Source of the DNA: Granulicella sp.
GTDB taxonomy: Bacteria > Acidobacteriota > Terriglobia > Terriglobales > Acidobacteriaceae
DNA: 33,263 bases
Direction: 5' to 3'
Assembly (NCBI GenBank): GCA_027339965.1
Contig: DAHWNL010000037.1
Span: 1-33,263, forward strand
The position numbers and the translations under genes were made by a program. The number at the start of each line of letters is the position of its first letter. Positions within the stretch are counted from its first letter, which is position 1. This document shows positions 16,457-24,976 of the stretch, piece by piece. The notes under the pieces are model-generated. The model saw only the letters and a list, made by a program, of their open reading frames with translations, was not told where the DNA came from and did not search any database.

Positions 16457-17887
16457 TTAAAACTGGTTCCAGAGCAACTGGTTGTACACGTCGTGGTGGA
16501 ACTGGATTTCGTTGGCCTTGACCACTGTTCCCAAAAGGCGGGGGCAGCGATCGGCCGATGCCTGCTTGAGCTCGGCGTACCGCTCCTTCACGTCTGTGCC
16601 CAGCAACTCATCGATCCAGGTGGAGGCGCGGAAGTTCTCCAGCGCGGTATAGATGTTGTCGGGCAGGTAGCGCTCCGCCTGGCGCAGGTTCTTGATCTTT
16701 GCCGTCTGGCCTTGGAGACCGGTCTTGAAGACGGAGTAGAGAACCATGTAGGGATTCGCATCTGGACCGACAGAACGAACCTCGACGCGCGCCGACTTCG
16801 AATTGCCGATAGGGATGCGGATCATCGAGCCGCGATCCACTGCGGAGGCCTTGATCTGGTTGGGGGCCTCAAAGTGCGGGTCCAGACGGCGATAGGCGTT
16901 CACGCTGGCATTCAGCAGAAGGCAGATATCGTTGCCGTGGGTGAGGATCTTGTCCACAAAGCTCCAGCCCAGCTTGGAGGTCTTCTCCTCGCCGTTCGGA
17001 TCCCAGAAGAGATTCTTCCCGCTCTTGGAGATGGAGACGTTGGTGTGCATGCCGGAGCCATTGACTCCCGTCACTGGCTTGGGAAGGAAGCTGGCAGTCA
17101 TGCCCATCTGGGTGGCCACCTGACGGCAGACCAGCTTGTAGAGCTGAATCTGGTCGGCGGCTGCCACAACGTCGCCGTAAGAGTAATTGATCTCGAACTG
17201 GGAGGGCGCCACCTCGGGGTGATCCTTCTCATTCTCGAAGCCCAGGGCGCGCTGTACCTCGGCTGTGGTATCGATGAACTCGCGCAGCGGGTCGCCGGGG
17301 AGGGAGTGATAGTAGCCGCCCTGGTTGACGTACTCGAACTTGCCAGTGGAGTGGAAGGTGCGCTCGGCATCGATGCCGTCAAACAGGAAGCCTTCGATCT
17401 CGTTGGCGGCGTTTAGGGTATAGCCGTTCTTGTTGAACTGCTCAGCGGCAAAGTCCTTCAGCACGCCGCGAATGTCGCCCGAATAGTGTGTACCGTTCTT
17501 GTCGATCACCTCGCCAAAGACGAGCACCTTGCCGGAGCCGAACACATCGGCCGGGGTCCAGTAAAAGGCGCTCCAGTCCAGAGCCAGGCGAAGGTCGCTC
17601 TCACGCTGGGCGGTGAAGCCGCGGATGGAGGAACCATCAAAGGTGAGGTTGTCATAGCTCTTGACCAGGAACTTCTTGTCATAGTCCAGCATGTGCAGCC
17701 GGCCTTCCAGATCAGAAAAGAGCACGGTTACAGCCTTGATTCCAGGGGTGTCGGTCAGATACTTCAGGCGCTCTTCCTGGACGACATCGGCAGCCACGCG
17801 GTTCCGGCGCTGCTCCTTTGCCCTTAGGTTGAGCTCTTCCAGTTCCGGATAGGACAACTCCAGAAAGTTACGAAATTCGGTTGACAT
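16457..17887 (-). CDS. glnA: Glutamine synthetase type I
   Basis: FDGSSIRGF, EIEGFLF, HPEVAPSQFEI, FLPKP..GVNGSGMHTN, YRRL.P.FEAP, DRGSMIRIP, RVEVRS..PDANPY. AAGGAG RBS. Confidence 0.9.
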   Translation of the reverse strand: MSTEFRNFLELSYPELEELNLRAKEQRRNRVAADVVQEERLKYLTDTPGIKAVTVLFSDLEGRLHMLDYDKKFLVKSYDNLTFDGSSIRGFTAQRESDLRLALDWSAFYWTPADVFGSGKVLVFGEVIDKNGTHYSGDIRGVLKDFAAEQFNKNGYTLNAANEIEGFLFDGIDAERTFHSTGKFEYVNQGGYYHSLPGDPLREFIDTTAEVQRALGFENEKDHPEVAPSQFEINYSYGDVVAAADQIQLYKLVCRQVATQMGMTASFLPKPVTGVNGSGMHTNVSISKSGKNLFWDPNGEEKTSKLGWSFVDKILTHGNDICLLLNASVNAYRRLDPHFEAPNQIKASAVDRGSMIRIPIGNSKSARVEVRSVGPDANPYMVLYSVFKTGLQGQTAKIKNLRQAERYLPDNIYTALENFRASTWIDELLGTDVKERYAELKQASADRCPRLLGTVVKANEIQFHHDVYNQLLWNQF

Positions 17888-18032
17888 GGCGCTCCTTGGG
17901 TTGGCAGTGAGTTGCCTGGGTTAAGATTCCTCTTGCATGGAAGCGAACGAGTACGCGTGGGGTATATCGGCGGCTTCATTCAGGGGCAAGCTTGCGGCTT
18001 GAGTTAAAATTAGCAGAAGCCGCCATTAAGAA

Positions 18033-18060
18033 ATCATAAAGAAAAGCCCGGAAAAGTCAG
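18033..18060 (-). promoter_or_regulatory. Candidate sigma70 promoter for glnA
   Basis: Minus strand CTGACT-N16-TATGAT in the AT-rich part of the intergenic region. Confidence 0.4.
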
Positions 18061-18296
18061 CGGGCAGACGGCGAATCGAAGCCGTCTGGGTGTAGCGGGC
18101 CGTGCGACGCCGGTAAGGCAACCCGCAGCCAACTTCAGCCCAGGACGCTGGGAGCCGCTCTCCTCTCGCAGCGTCCTGCTCGGCCTCTCGCCGTCCGGGC
18201 GGAGGGTGGATAAAATGGATCTGACCGGATCCGGCGCTGGCTCCTTCCAGCGCCTTTTGCTTGCGCGCCTTGCTCTAGCTGGATAGAGAGGAGTTT

Positions 18297-19256
18297 ATGG
18301 CTACTGTTCGCGTTGCCTTGATTCAGATGTCGTGCGAGCCTTCGACGGAGGCCAATCTGGCCAAGGCTGTCGCCTGGGTCCGCGAAGCCGGGCAGGCGGG
18401 AGCCAAGGTGGTCTGCCTGCCGGAGTTGTTTCGTGCCCAGTACTTCTGCCAGCGGGAAGATCACGCCCTGTTTGCCGTGGCCGAGCCGATTCCAGGACCC
18501 TCTACAGCGGCTTTGAGCGCCGTGGTGCGCGAGTTCAGGCTGGTGCTGATTGCCAGCCTGTTTGAACGTCGTGCGCCGGGCCTGTACCACAACACCGCCG
18601 CGACGTTGGACTACGCTTCTACCGCTGTCGATCACGTGGCCGGGATCTACCGCAAGATGCACATCCCGGACGACCCGCTTTATTATGAAAAGTTTTACTT
18701 CACACCCGGCGACCTGGGCTTCCGGGCGCAGCCGACCTCGGCGGGCTCCCTGGGAACGTTGGTGTGCTGGGACCAGTGGTACCCGGAGGGAGCGCGCATC
18801 ACCGCCCTGAAGGGCGCTCAGACTCTGTTCTTCCCGACGGCCATCGGCTGGCACCCGAGCGAGAAGGAGCAGTTCGGAGTCTCTCAGTATGAAGCGTGGC
18901 AGACGATTCAGCGCGGCCACGCCATCGCCAACGGCGTCTTTGTCTGCGCGGTCAATCGCGTGGGGCACGAGCATGGGGAGGTCGTCCATGACGGAGCGCG
19001 CATCAGCGGGCTGGCAGAGAGTTTGGCGGGCCGCTCGGCGGGCGAAGGAATCGAGTTCTGGGGCGGTAGCTTCATCGCTGATCCCTTGGGCCGGATTCTC
19101 GTCCGAGCCGCCCACGACAAAGAGGAGATTCTGATTGCGGATCTGGACCTGGACCAAATTGAAGTCGCCCGGCAGCACTGGCCATTTCTGCGTGATCGAC
19201 GCATCGACGCCTATGCTGGGATCACCAGCCGATTCCTGGATGACGCATCAGCCTGA
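18297..19256 (+). CDS. aguB: Carbon-nitrogen hydrolase, N-carbamoylputrescine amidase
   Basis: CLPELF, YRKMHIPDDP.YYEKFYF, VCWDQWYPE (E-K-C triad), PTAIGW, WPFLRDRR. Lies in an operon with agmatine deiminase. Confidence 0.88.
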   Translation: MATVRVALIQMSCEPSTEANLAKAVAWVREAGQAGAKVVCLPELFRAQYFCQREDHALFAVAEPIPGPSTAALSAVVREFRLVLIASLFERRAPGLYHNTAATLDYASTAVDHVAGIYRKMHIPDDPLYYEKFYFTPGDLGFRAQPTSAGSLGTLVCWDQWYPEGARITALKGAQTLFFPTAIGWHPSEKEQFGVSQYEAWQTIQRGHAIANGVFVCAVNRVGHEHGEVVHDGARISGLAESLAGRSAGEGIEFWGGSFIADPLGRILVRAAHDKEEILIADLDLDQIEVARQHWPFLRDRRIDAYAGITSRFLDDASA

Positions 19257-19294
19257 AATCTTTTGGAGAACACAGCCGGAAAGGTAGACGATCT

Positions 19295-19798
19295 ATGCTA
19301 GCTTCCCTTGTTTTGCTCGCATTGCTGATGCCTGGCCAGAGCCAGGACCCCACATTGCCTCCTCGGGATGCCCATCTGACGGCGACGGCTGTCGGGTTGG
19401 GCGTGCAGGTGTACCGCTGCGCCCCACAGCACGGAACCTACGAGTGGACACTAGAGATGCCGATCGCCCGCCTCTTTGATCCAGCCACGCGGCAGCCGGT
19501 AGGAACGCACAGCGTGGGGCCCACCTGGACTTGGACGGACGGCAGCTCCATTACCGGCGAGGTAATCGCGCGCCGGCCTGCAGCCAATCCGGCGAACCTT
19601 CCCTCGCTGTTGGTACGCACTCACTCCACCGGCCAGGCGACGGGTGTCTTGACAGCGGTAACGCTGGTGCGCCGATCCAACACGCAGGCGGGCGTTCCCA
19701 CCATGGGTTGCGACGCCGTGCACCAGAACAACGAGGTGCGAGTGCCCTTTCAGGCTACCTATTCCTTCTATGCAACAGGTCAAACATCAGCCCATTGA
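19295..19798 (+). CDS. Secreted DUF3455-like protein
   Basis: Hydrophobic signal-like N-terminus. GVQVYRC, W.L..P.A.L.D, GTH..GPTW...DGS, LP.LL, R..T.AG.P...C, VPF.A.Y.FY. Confidence 0.75.
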   Translation: MLASLVLLALLMPGQSQDPTLPPRDAHLTATAVGLGVQVYRCAPQHGTYEWTLEMPIARLFDPATRQPVGTHSVGPTWTWTDGSSITGEVIARRPAANPANLPSLLVRTHSTGQATGVLTAVTLVRRSNTQAGVPTMGCDAVHQNNEVRVPFQATYSFYATGQTSAH

Positions 19799-19816
19799 AC
19801 CTCCCATGACACGCCA

Positions 19817-20926
19817 GTGAACGAGAATCAAGCGACAATAGAAACAGACACCGTGAAGCGACCGACCTCATCTGCCAAGAGCGAATACAGCCTGCCTGCG
19901 GAGTGGTCTCCCCACGCCGCAACCTGGATCGCCTGGCCGCATAACCCCGAGGATTGGCCCAACAAATTTCAGCCTATTCCGTGGGTGTACTGCGAGATTG
20001 TGCGGCATCTTTCTCAGATGGAGGATGTCCACATTCTGGTGAATGATGAAGGGGATCAGCGCCGGGCGCTGAACATGCTGCGCAGACAGGGCGGAAATGC
20101 CGCCCGCTTGCACTTCCACTGCTGGCGAACAGACCGCGTCTGGCTGCGCGACTCGGGCCCCATCTTTGTGAAAGACGCGCAGGGTGAAGTGGCGGTGAGC
20201 CACTGGAAGTTCAACGCCTGGGCGAAGTATCCCAACTGGCGAAATGACGCACTGATTCCCAGGCATGTGGCAAAACTCAAGGGCATGCGCGTGCTGGAGC
20301 CGGTGACCAAGTTGGCCGACGGCCGGACCCACCGCCTGGTGCTCGAGGGCGGCTCCATCGACAGCAACGGCGAAGGGATTCTTCTGACCACGGAGGAGTG
20401 TCTTTTGAGCCCTGTGCAGCAACGCAATCCGGGCGTCAGCCGAGAGCAGCTTGAATCGGCCTTTGCCGAGTACTTTGGCATCGAGAAGGTGATCTGGCTC
20501 AACCGTGGCTGCGCCGGCGACGACACCCATGGGCACATCGACGATATCGCCCGGTTTGTCGGAGCCAATACCATCCTGACCGCCGTGGAGCCTAATACCA
20601 GAGACGAGAACCATCTTCCCCTGGCGGAAAATCTGGAGCGACTGCACGCCGCGCGCAACCTGAAGGGAAGGCCGTTCCTCATCAAGACCTTGCCCATGCC
20701 CGCGCCGGTGGTCTTTGAGGGGCAGCGGTTGCCGGCCAGTTACGCCAACTTCTACATCGCCAATCATCTGGTATTGGTTCCAACCTTCAACGATCCCAAC
20801 GACCGCTTGGCTCTTAATATCCTGGCAGAGTGTTTCCCGGACCGCACCGTGACTGGGATCCATTGCACCGACTTCATCTGGGGACTGGGAGCACTGCATT
20901 GCATGACCCAGCAGGAGCCGGCGTGA
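19817..20926 (+). CDS. aguA: Agmatine deiminase family protein
   Basis: LPAEW.PH, WLRDSGP, FNAW, LEGGSIDSNG, DDTHGHIDD, ASYANFY, GALHCMTQQEP. Confidence 0.92.
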   Translation: MNENQATIETDTVKRPTSSAKSEYSLPAEWSPHAATWIAWPHNPEDWPNKFQPIPWVYCEIVRHLSQMEDVHILVNDEGDQRRALNMLRRQGGNAARLHFHCWRTDRVWLRDSGPIFVKDAQGEVAVSHWKFNAWAKYPNWRNDALIPRHVAKLKGMRVLEPVTKLADGRTHRLVLEGGSIDSNGEGILLTTEECLLSPVQQRNPGVSREQLESAFAEYFGIEKVIWLNRGCAGDDTHGHIDDIARFVGANTILTAVEPNTRDENHLPLAENLERLHAARNLKGRPFLIKTLPMPAPVVFEGQRLPASYANFYIANHLVLVPTFNDPNDRLALNILAECFPDRTVTGIHCTDFIWGLGALHCMTQQEPA

Positions 20927-21454
<528 letters not shown>

Positions 21455-21481
21455 AGCCGGCGGCATGGAATCTGTGCGCCG

Positions 21482-22723
21482 CTACTGCGCCGCGGCTCTG
21501 CCGGCGCGTAGCGACACAATCTGGTCCAGAATGCGATTGGCAACCTCGCCCTTGGAGGTCTCTGGAAGCCGCACCTCAGCCTCCATGGTCAAGAACACTC
21601 CGGCGTTTTGGCTCGAATCGAAGCCAACTCCCGGCCGGCTGATGTCATTGAGGAAGATGGCATCGGCACCCTTGCGAAGGAGTTTCTTCCGGGCACGTTC
21701 CACATCCAGGCTCATCTCGGCGGCAAAGGAGATCACCAGGGTTCCGGGCTGCCTTCTCTCGACGATGCTGCGCACGATGTCTACGGTGGGCTGCAGCTCA
21801 ATCTTCGGCGGATCTTCGCGATGCAGCTTGGCGGCGACCACCTCGCGCACGCGAAAGTCCGAGACAGCAGCGGCCTTGATGACGATGGTGACTTCGGGGA
21901 GGCGTTGGAGCACGGCCACATGCATCTGCTCGGCTGTTTCCACCGGCATGACCTCACACTCCTCCGGCGCGCGCAGTACGCTGGCTGCGGAGACCAGAAT
22001 CACGCGGGCTCCGCGGCGCCGGGCCGCCTCTGCCAAAGCGTAGCCCATGCGGCCGCTGGAACGATTGCCGATGAATCGAACCGCATCGATGGGCTCGCGG
22101 GTCCCTCCGGCGGTAATCAAAACGGTCTCGCCCGCCAGGTCCTGGGCCGGCGGCTGCGGCGCGGAGTCCGCCGGGTTTCGCACATCCTGTTCAAGAACGG
22201 CTTGCACAATGGTCTCTGGATCCGCCAGACGGCCGTCGCCAGTCATGCCGCAAGCTAGGTAGCCGCTGCCCGGCGCAACGATGCGATGCCCACGCTTCTC
22301 CAGTGTTTCCAGGTTGGATCGCGTGGCGGGATGATTCCACATGTTCACGTTCATGGCCGGAGCCAGAACCACCCGCGCCTGGGTAGCCAGGTAGGTGGTG
22401 GAGAGGAGATCGTCCGCCAAGCCTGCGCTCAGTCTGGCCAAGGTATGCGCCGTAGCCGGAGCGATCAAGAGCACTTCCGCCCATTGCGCCTGCTCAATGT
22501 GTTCCATCGCCGCCTGATCGGCGGGTGAGTCCCACATGCCGGTATAGACCTTGTGTCCGGTGAGCGCGGCAAAGGTCAGCGGGCGAACAAACTCCTGCGC
22601 CGCCTGCGTCATCATCACCCGGACCACCGCGCCACGGCGCTGCAACTCCCGCACCAGTTCCGCGGCCTTGTAGACGGCGACGCCGCCGCAGACTCCCAAA
22701 AGTATTCGACGAGGTTCAGACAT
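21482..22723 (-). CDS. coaBC: Bifunctional phosphopantothenoylcysteine decarboxylase/phosphopantothenate-cysteine ligase
   Basis: ILLGVCGGVAVYK, APATA, PAMNVNMW, LACG..G.GRL, ITAGGTREPIDAVRFIGNRSSGRMG, AAVSDF. ATG overlaps the panC stop. Confidence 0.95.
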   Translation of the reverse strand: MSEPRRILLGVCGGVAVYKAAELVRELQRRGAVVRVMMTQAAQEFVRPLTFAALTGHKVYTGMWDSPADQAAMEHIEQAQWAEVLLIAPATAHTLARLSAGLADDLLSTTYLATQARVVLAPAMNVNMWNHPATRSNLETLEKRGHRIVAPGSGYLACGMTGDGRLADPETIVQAVLEQDVRNPADSAPQPPAQDLAGETVLITAGGTREPIDAVRFIGNRSSGRMGYALAEAARRRGARVILVSAASVLRAPEECEVMPVETAEQMHVAVLQRLPEVTIVIKAAAVSDFRVREVVAAKLHREDPPKIELQPTVDIVRSIVERRQPGTLVISFAAEMSLDVERARKKLLRKGADAIFLNDISRPGVGFDSSQNAGVFLTMEAEVRLPETSKGEVANRILDQIVSLRAGRAAAQ

Positions 22724-23618
22724 GCATCTCCTCGATCGGTTCAGGCAGGGAAGCTGGCTGCGGGCGCTCGGCCGATGAAGCCTCCACCAGGAGGTTGTCA
22801 ATCAGGCGTGTCTGTCCGACCCAGGCGGCAACCGCCAGCAAAGCCCCCTGAAGGGTATCGGCAACCGGGAGCAGCGTCTCCGGGTGGACAACTTCCGCAT
22901 AGTCCAAGCGCACCCCATCTTCGCTGGATAGCTGGCTGAGCATGGCGACACGGAGCGCCGCCGCGCCGGTCTCTCCATCGCGCACCAGCCTCGCCGCCGT
23001 CTGCAGGGCGCCGGAGAGCGCCCCGGCGCGGTCTCTCTCCGCTGCGGACAGATTGAGATTGCGCGAGCTCATGGCCAGGCCACTCGGTTCGCGGACGATA
23101 GGGCAAACCACCAGCTGCAGCGGGAAGAGCAGGTCGCGAACCATGGCTCGCAGCACGGCCACCTGAGCGGCATCCTTCTGGCCGAAGTACGCGCGATCCG
23201 GATGGACGATGTGGAAGAGCTTGGCCACTACCGTCGCCACGCCGCGAAAGTGTCCCGGACGCGAGGCGCCGTCCAGGCGGTCGCCCAAACCGGCGACCTC
23301 GACGAAGGTAGTCGCGCCGCTGGGATACATCTCCTCAACGCTGGGGGTAAAGAGCAGATCGACTCCCTCAGCCTCCAGCTTGGCGCCATCCTCGGCCAAG
23401 CGCCGCGGGTAGGCGTCATAATCTTCGCCCGGGGCAAACTGGGTCGGGTTCACAAAGATGGAGACGGCGACTGCGTCATTCTCCGCCGCCGCCCGCCGGA
23501 CCAGAGAGAGATGACCGTCATGCAGCGCTCCCATGGTGGGCACCAGGCCCAGAGAGCCGGTCTGGCGCAGAGAACGGCAGGCTGCCTGCATGTCACGCAC
23601 GGTGAAAAGAGTCTTCAT
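22716..23618 (-). CDS. panC: Pantoate-beta-alanine ligase
   Basis: VPTMGALHDGH, SIFVNPTQF, RPGHFRGV, YFGQKD.AQ, GLAMSSRN, RLIDN. Confidence 0.96.
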   Translation of the reverse strand: MKTLFTVRDMQAACRSLRQTGSLGLVPTMGALHDGHLSLVRRAAAENDAVAVSIFVNPTQFAPGEDYDAYPRRLAEDGAKLEAEGVDLLFTPSVEEMYPSGATTFVEVAGLGDRLDGASRPGHFRGVATVVAKLFHIVHPDRAYFGQKDAAQVAVLRAMVRDLLFPLQLVVCPIVREPSGLAMSSRNLNLSAAERDRAGALSGALQTAARLVRDGETGAAALRVAMLSQLSSEDGVRLDYAEVVHPETLLPVADTLQGALLAVAAWVGQTRLIDNLLVEASSAERPQPASLPEPIEEMHV

Positions 23619-23620
23619 GC

Positions 23621-24607
23621 TTAATCTCCTGCCAGCCGGGACGGTGCTACCGGCTCGGCAAGCGCCGCAGCGCTCTCCAGGGCGCATTGCAATTTCCCGT
23701 TTCCGCCCGGCGCTGGGTCCAGCAGTCCGGTTTCGGCAAGCTCTGCGGTCACCTTTTTGGGCAGGTGGTAGCTCTCGGCATCGCCAGGGAAACCTCCTGA
23801 GAGCACATCGTCGCGGTAGCGTTGAAGCGCACGGGAAAAGAGTGCGGCCGCGTCTCCGTATCTGCGCACGAACTTTGCCGGAGGCGAGAAGGTGAGATTG
23901 ACCAGATCGTGGAAGACGAGAATCTGGCCATCGCAGCCGGGACCGGCTCCAATCCCGATGGTCGGCAAGCAGGTATGAGCCGTAATTCTGGCCGCCACTT
24001 CGCGCGGAATTCCTTCCAGCACGATCGCCGCCGCGCCGGCAGCCTGCAGAGCTTCGGCATCGGCGTAAAGCCCTTCGACGGCCTCGGCGGTGCGTCCTTG
24101 CACTTGGTAGCCGGACATCCGATGCACGGACTGAGGGGTGAGTCCGATGTGGGCGACGACGGGTATTTCGGCCTCAACGACATGTCGCACCAGAGCCGCG
24201 CGGGTTCGGCCGCCTTCGATCTTGACTGCGTGCGCACCAGCCTCTTTGACTAGCCGCACAGCGTTACGCGCGGCATCCTCTGCGGACACGTGATAGGAGC
24301 CGAAGGGCATATCGGCGACCAGAAAGGCGCGCCGAACGCCGCGCGCTACCGCTCGCGTATGATGCGCCATCTCGTCCATGGTGACCGGCAGTGTGGTTTC
24401 ATAGCCGAGCACGGCCATGCCGAGCGAGTCTCCCACCAGGATCAGATCGATGCCGGCCTGATCCACAAGACAGGCTGTGGGGTAATCGTAGGCAGTGAGC
24501 GCGGTGATGGGCTGACCGGCTCGCTTCTTTTCCAGCAGTGTTTGGACGGTGACAGGCGGGGTGGGGGGGTCCGCTCCGCCGCCGCGGAGGAGCTGTGTAA
24601 GGCTCAT
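23621..24607 (-). CDS. panB: 3-methyl-2-oxobutanoate hydroxymethyltransferase
   Basis: LTAYDY, LVGDSLGM, ADMPFGSY, VKIEGG, HIGLTPQS, IGIGAG..CDGQILV. ATG 24607 follows GGAGA. Confidence 0.96.
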   Translation of the reverse strand: MSLTQLLRGGGADPPTPPVTVQTLLEKKRAGQPITALTAYDYPTACLVDQAGIDLILVGDSLGMAVLGYETTLPVTMDEMAHHTRAVARGVRRAFLVADMPFGSYHVSAEDAARNAVRLVKEAGAHAVKIEGGRTRAALVRHVVEAEIPVVAHIGLTPQSVHRMSGYQVQGRTAEAVEGLYADAEALQAAGAAAIVLEGIPREVAARITAHTCLPTIGIGAGPGCDGQILVFHDLVNLTFSPPAKFVRRYGDAAALFSRALQRYRDDVLSGGFPGDAESYHLPKKVTAELAETGLLDPAPGGNGKLQCALESAAALAEPVAPSRLAGD

Positions 24608-24706
24608 GGCTTTCTCCAGTGCCGCTCCGCCCTTCCGCGGCGGATGAGGCCCGAACTCCTTGAGTATACATCCCTGGCCAAACCAAGGCTTTGCGATAAT
24701 CGATAG

Positions 24707-24967
24707 ATGGAACTTCTGGTCTACTCCGCCGACTGGTGCCGCGACTGCCGAGACGCCAAGCGTTTTCTCAACCAGCACGGCATCGTCTACACCGAGATCA
24801 ATATCGAAACCACCCCTGGAGCTGCGGAAGCCGTCATCGCGCATACCGGCAAGCGCGCCATTCCGCAGTTTGTGCTCGATGGACGGTGGATCCAGCCCTA
24901 CAGGCCCGGCCACGGCTTTCTCTACGAGGAGATGGCTGAGCTGCTGGGAGTCAGCAAGCCGGCCTGA
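24707..24967 (+). CDS. Glutaredoxin family (NrdH/mycoredoxin-like) protein
   Basis: VYSADWCRDC (CxxC), KRAIPQFVLDG (cis-Pro). Divergent from panB. Upstream TG-C-GATAAT-N6-ATG suggests a leaderless mRNA. Confidence 0.88.
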   Translation: MELLVYSADWCRDCRDAKRFLNQHGIVYTEINIETTPGAAEAVIAHTGKRAIPQFVLDGRWIQPYRPGHGFLYEEMAELLGVSKPA

Positions 24968-24976
24968 GTTGCGGGT

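Noticed and set aside
16175..17416. 413-aa + strand ORF that starts like an IS110 transposase
   Set aside because: Only the first ~34 residues are IS110-derived. The rest crosses the terminator and is the antisense shadow of glnA.
16457..17887. GS-like gene as a gamma-glutamylputrescine ligase (PuuA-type), given the neighbouring aguAB
   Set aside because: The ammonium-binding residues (Asp/Ser of FDGSS, flap Glu of FEAP) that glutamylamine ligases usually lose are retained, so a true GS is more likely
18010..18027. Sigma54 promoter for glnA (TGGC...TGC on the minus strand)
   Set aside because: GG-to-GC spacing is 8 nt, not the required 10
18061..18135. Guanidine riboswitch upstream of the agmatine genes
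   Set aside because: Hairpins are present, but without twin ACGR loops (class II) or ykkC-class conserved motifs
24608..24913. Long N-terminal extensions of panB (and likewise panC, coaBC, marR, cpsB and the 29516 SDR) in the ORF track
   Set aside because: These are artefacts of taking the first possible start. They overlap neighbouring real genes, and better-supported downstream starts exist.
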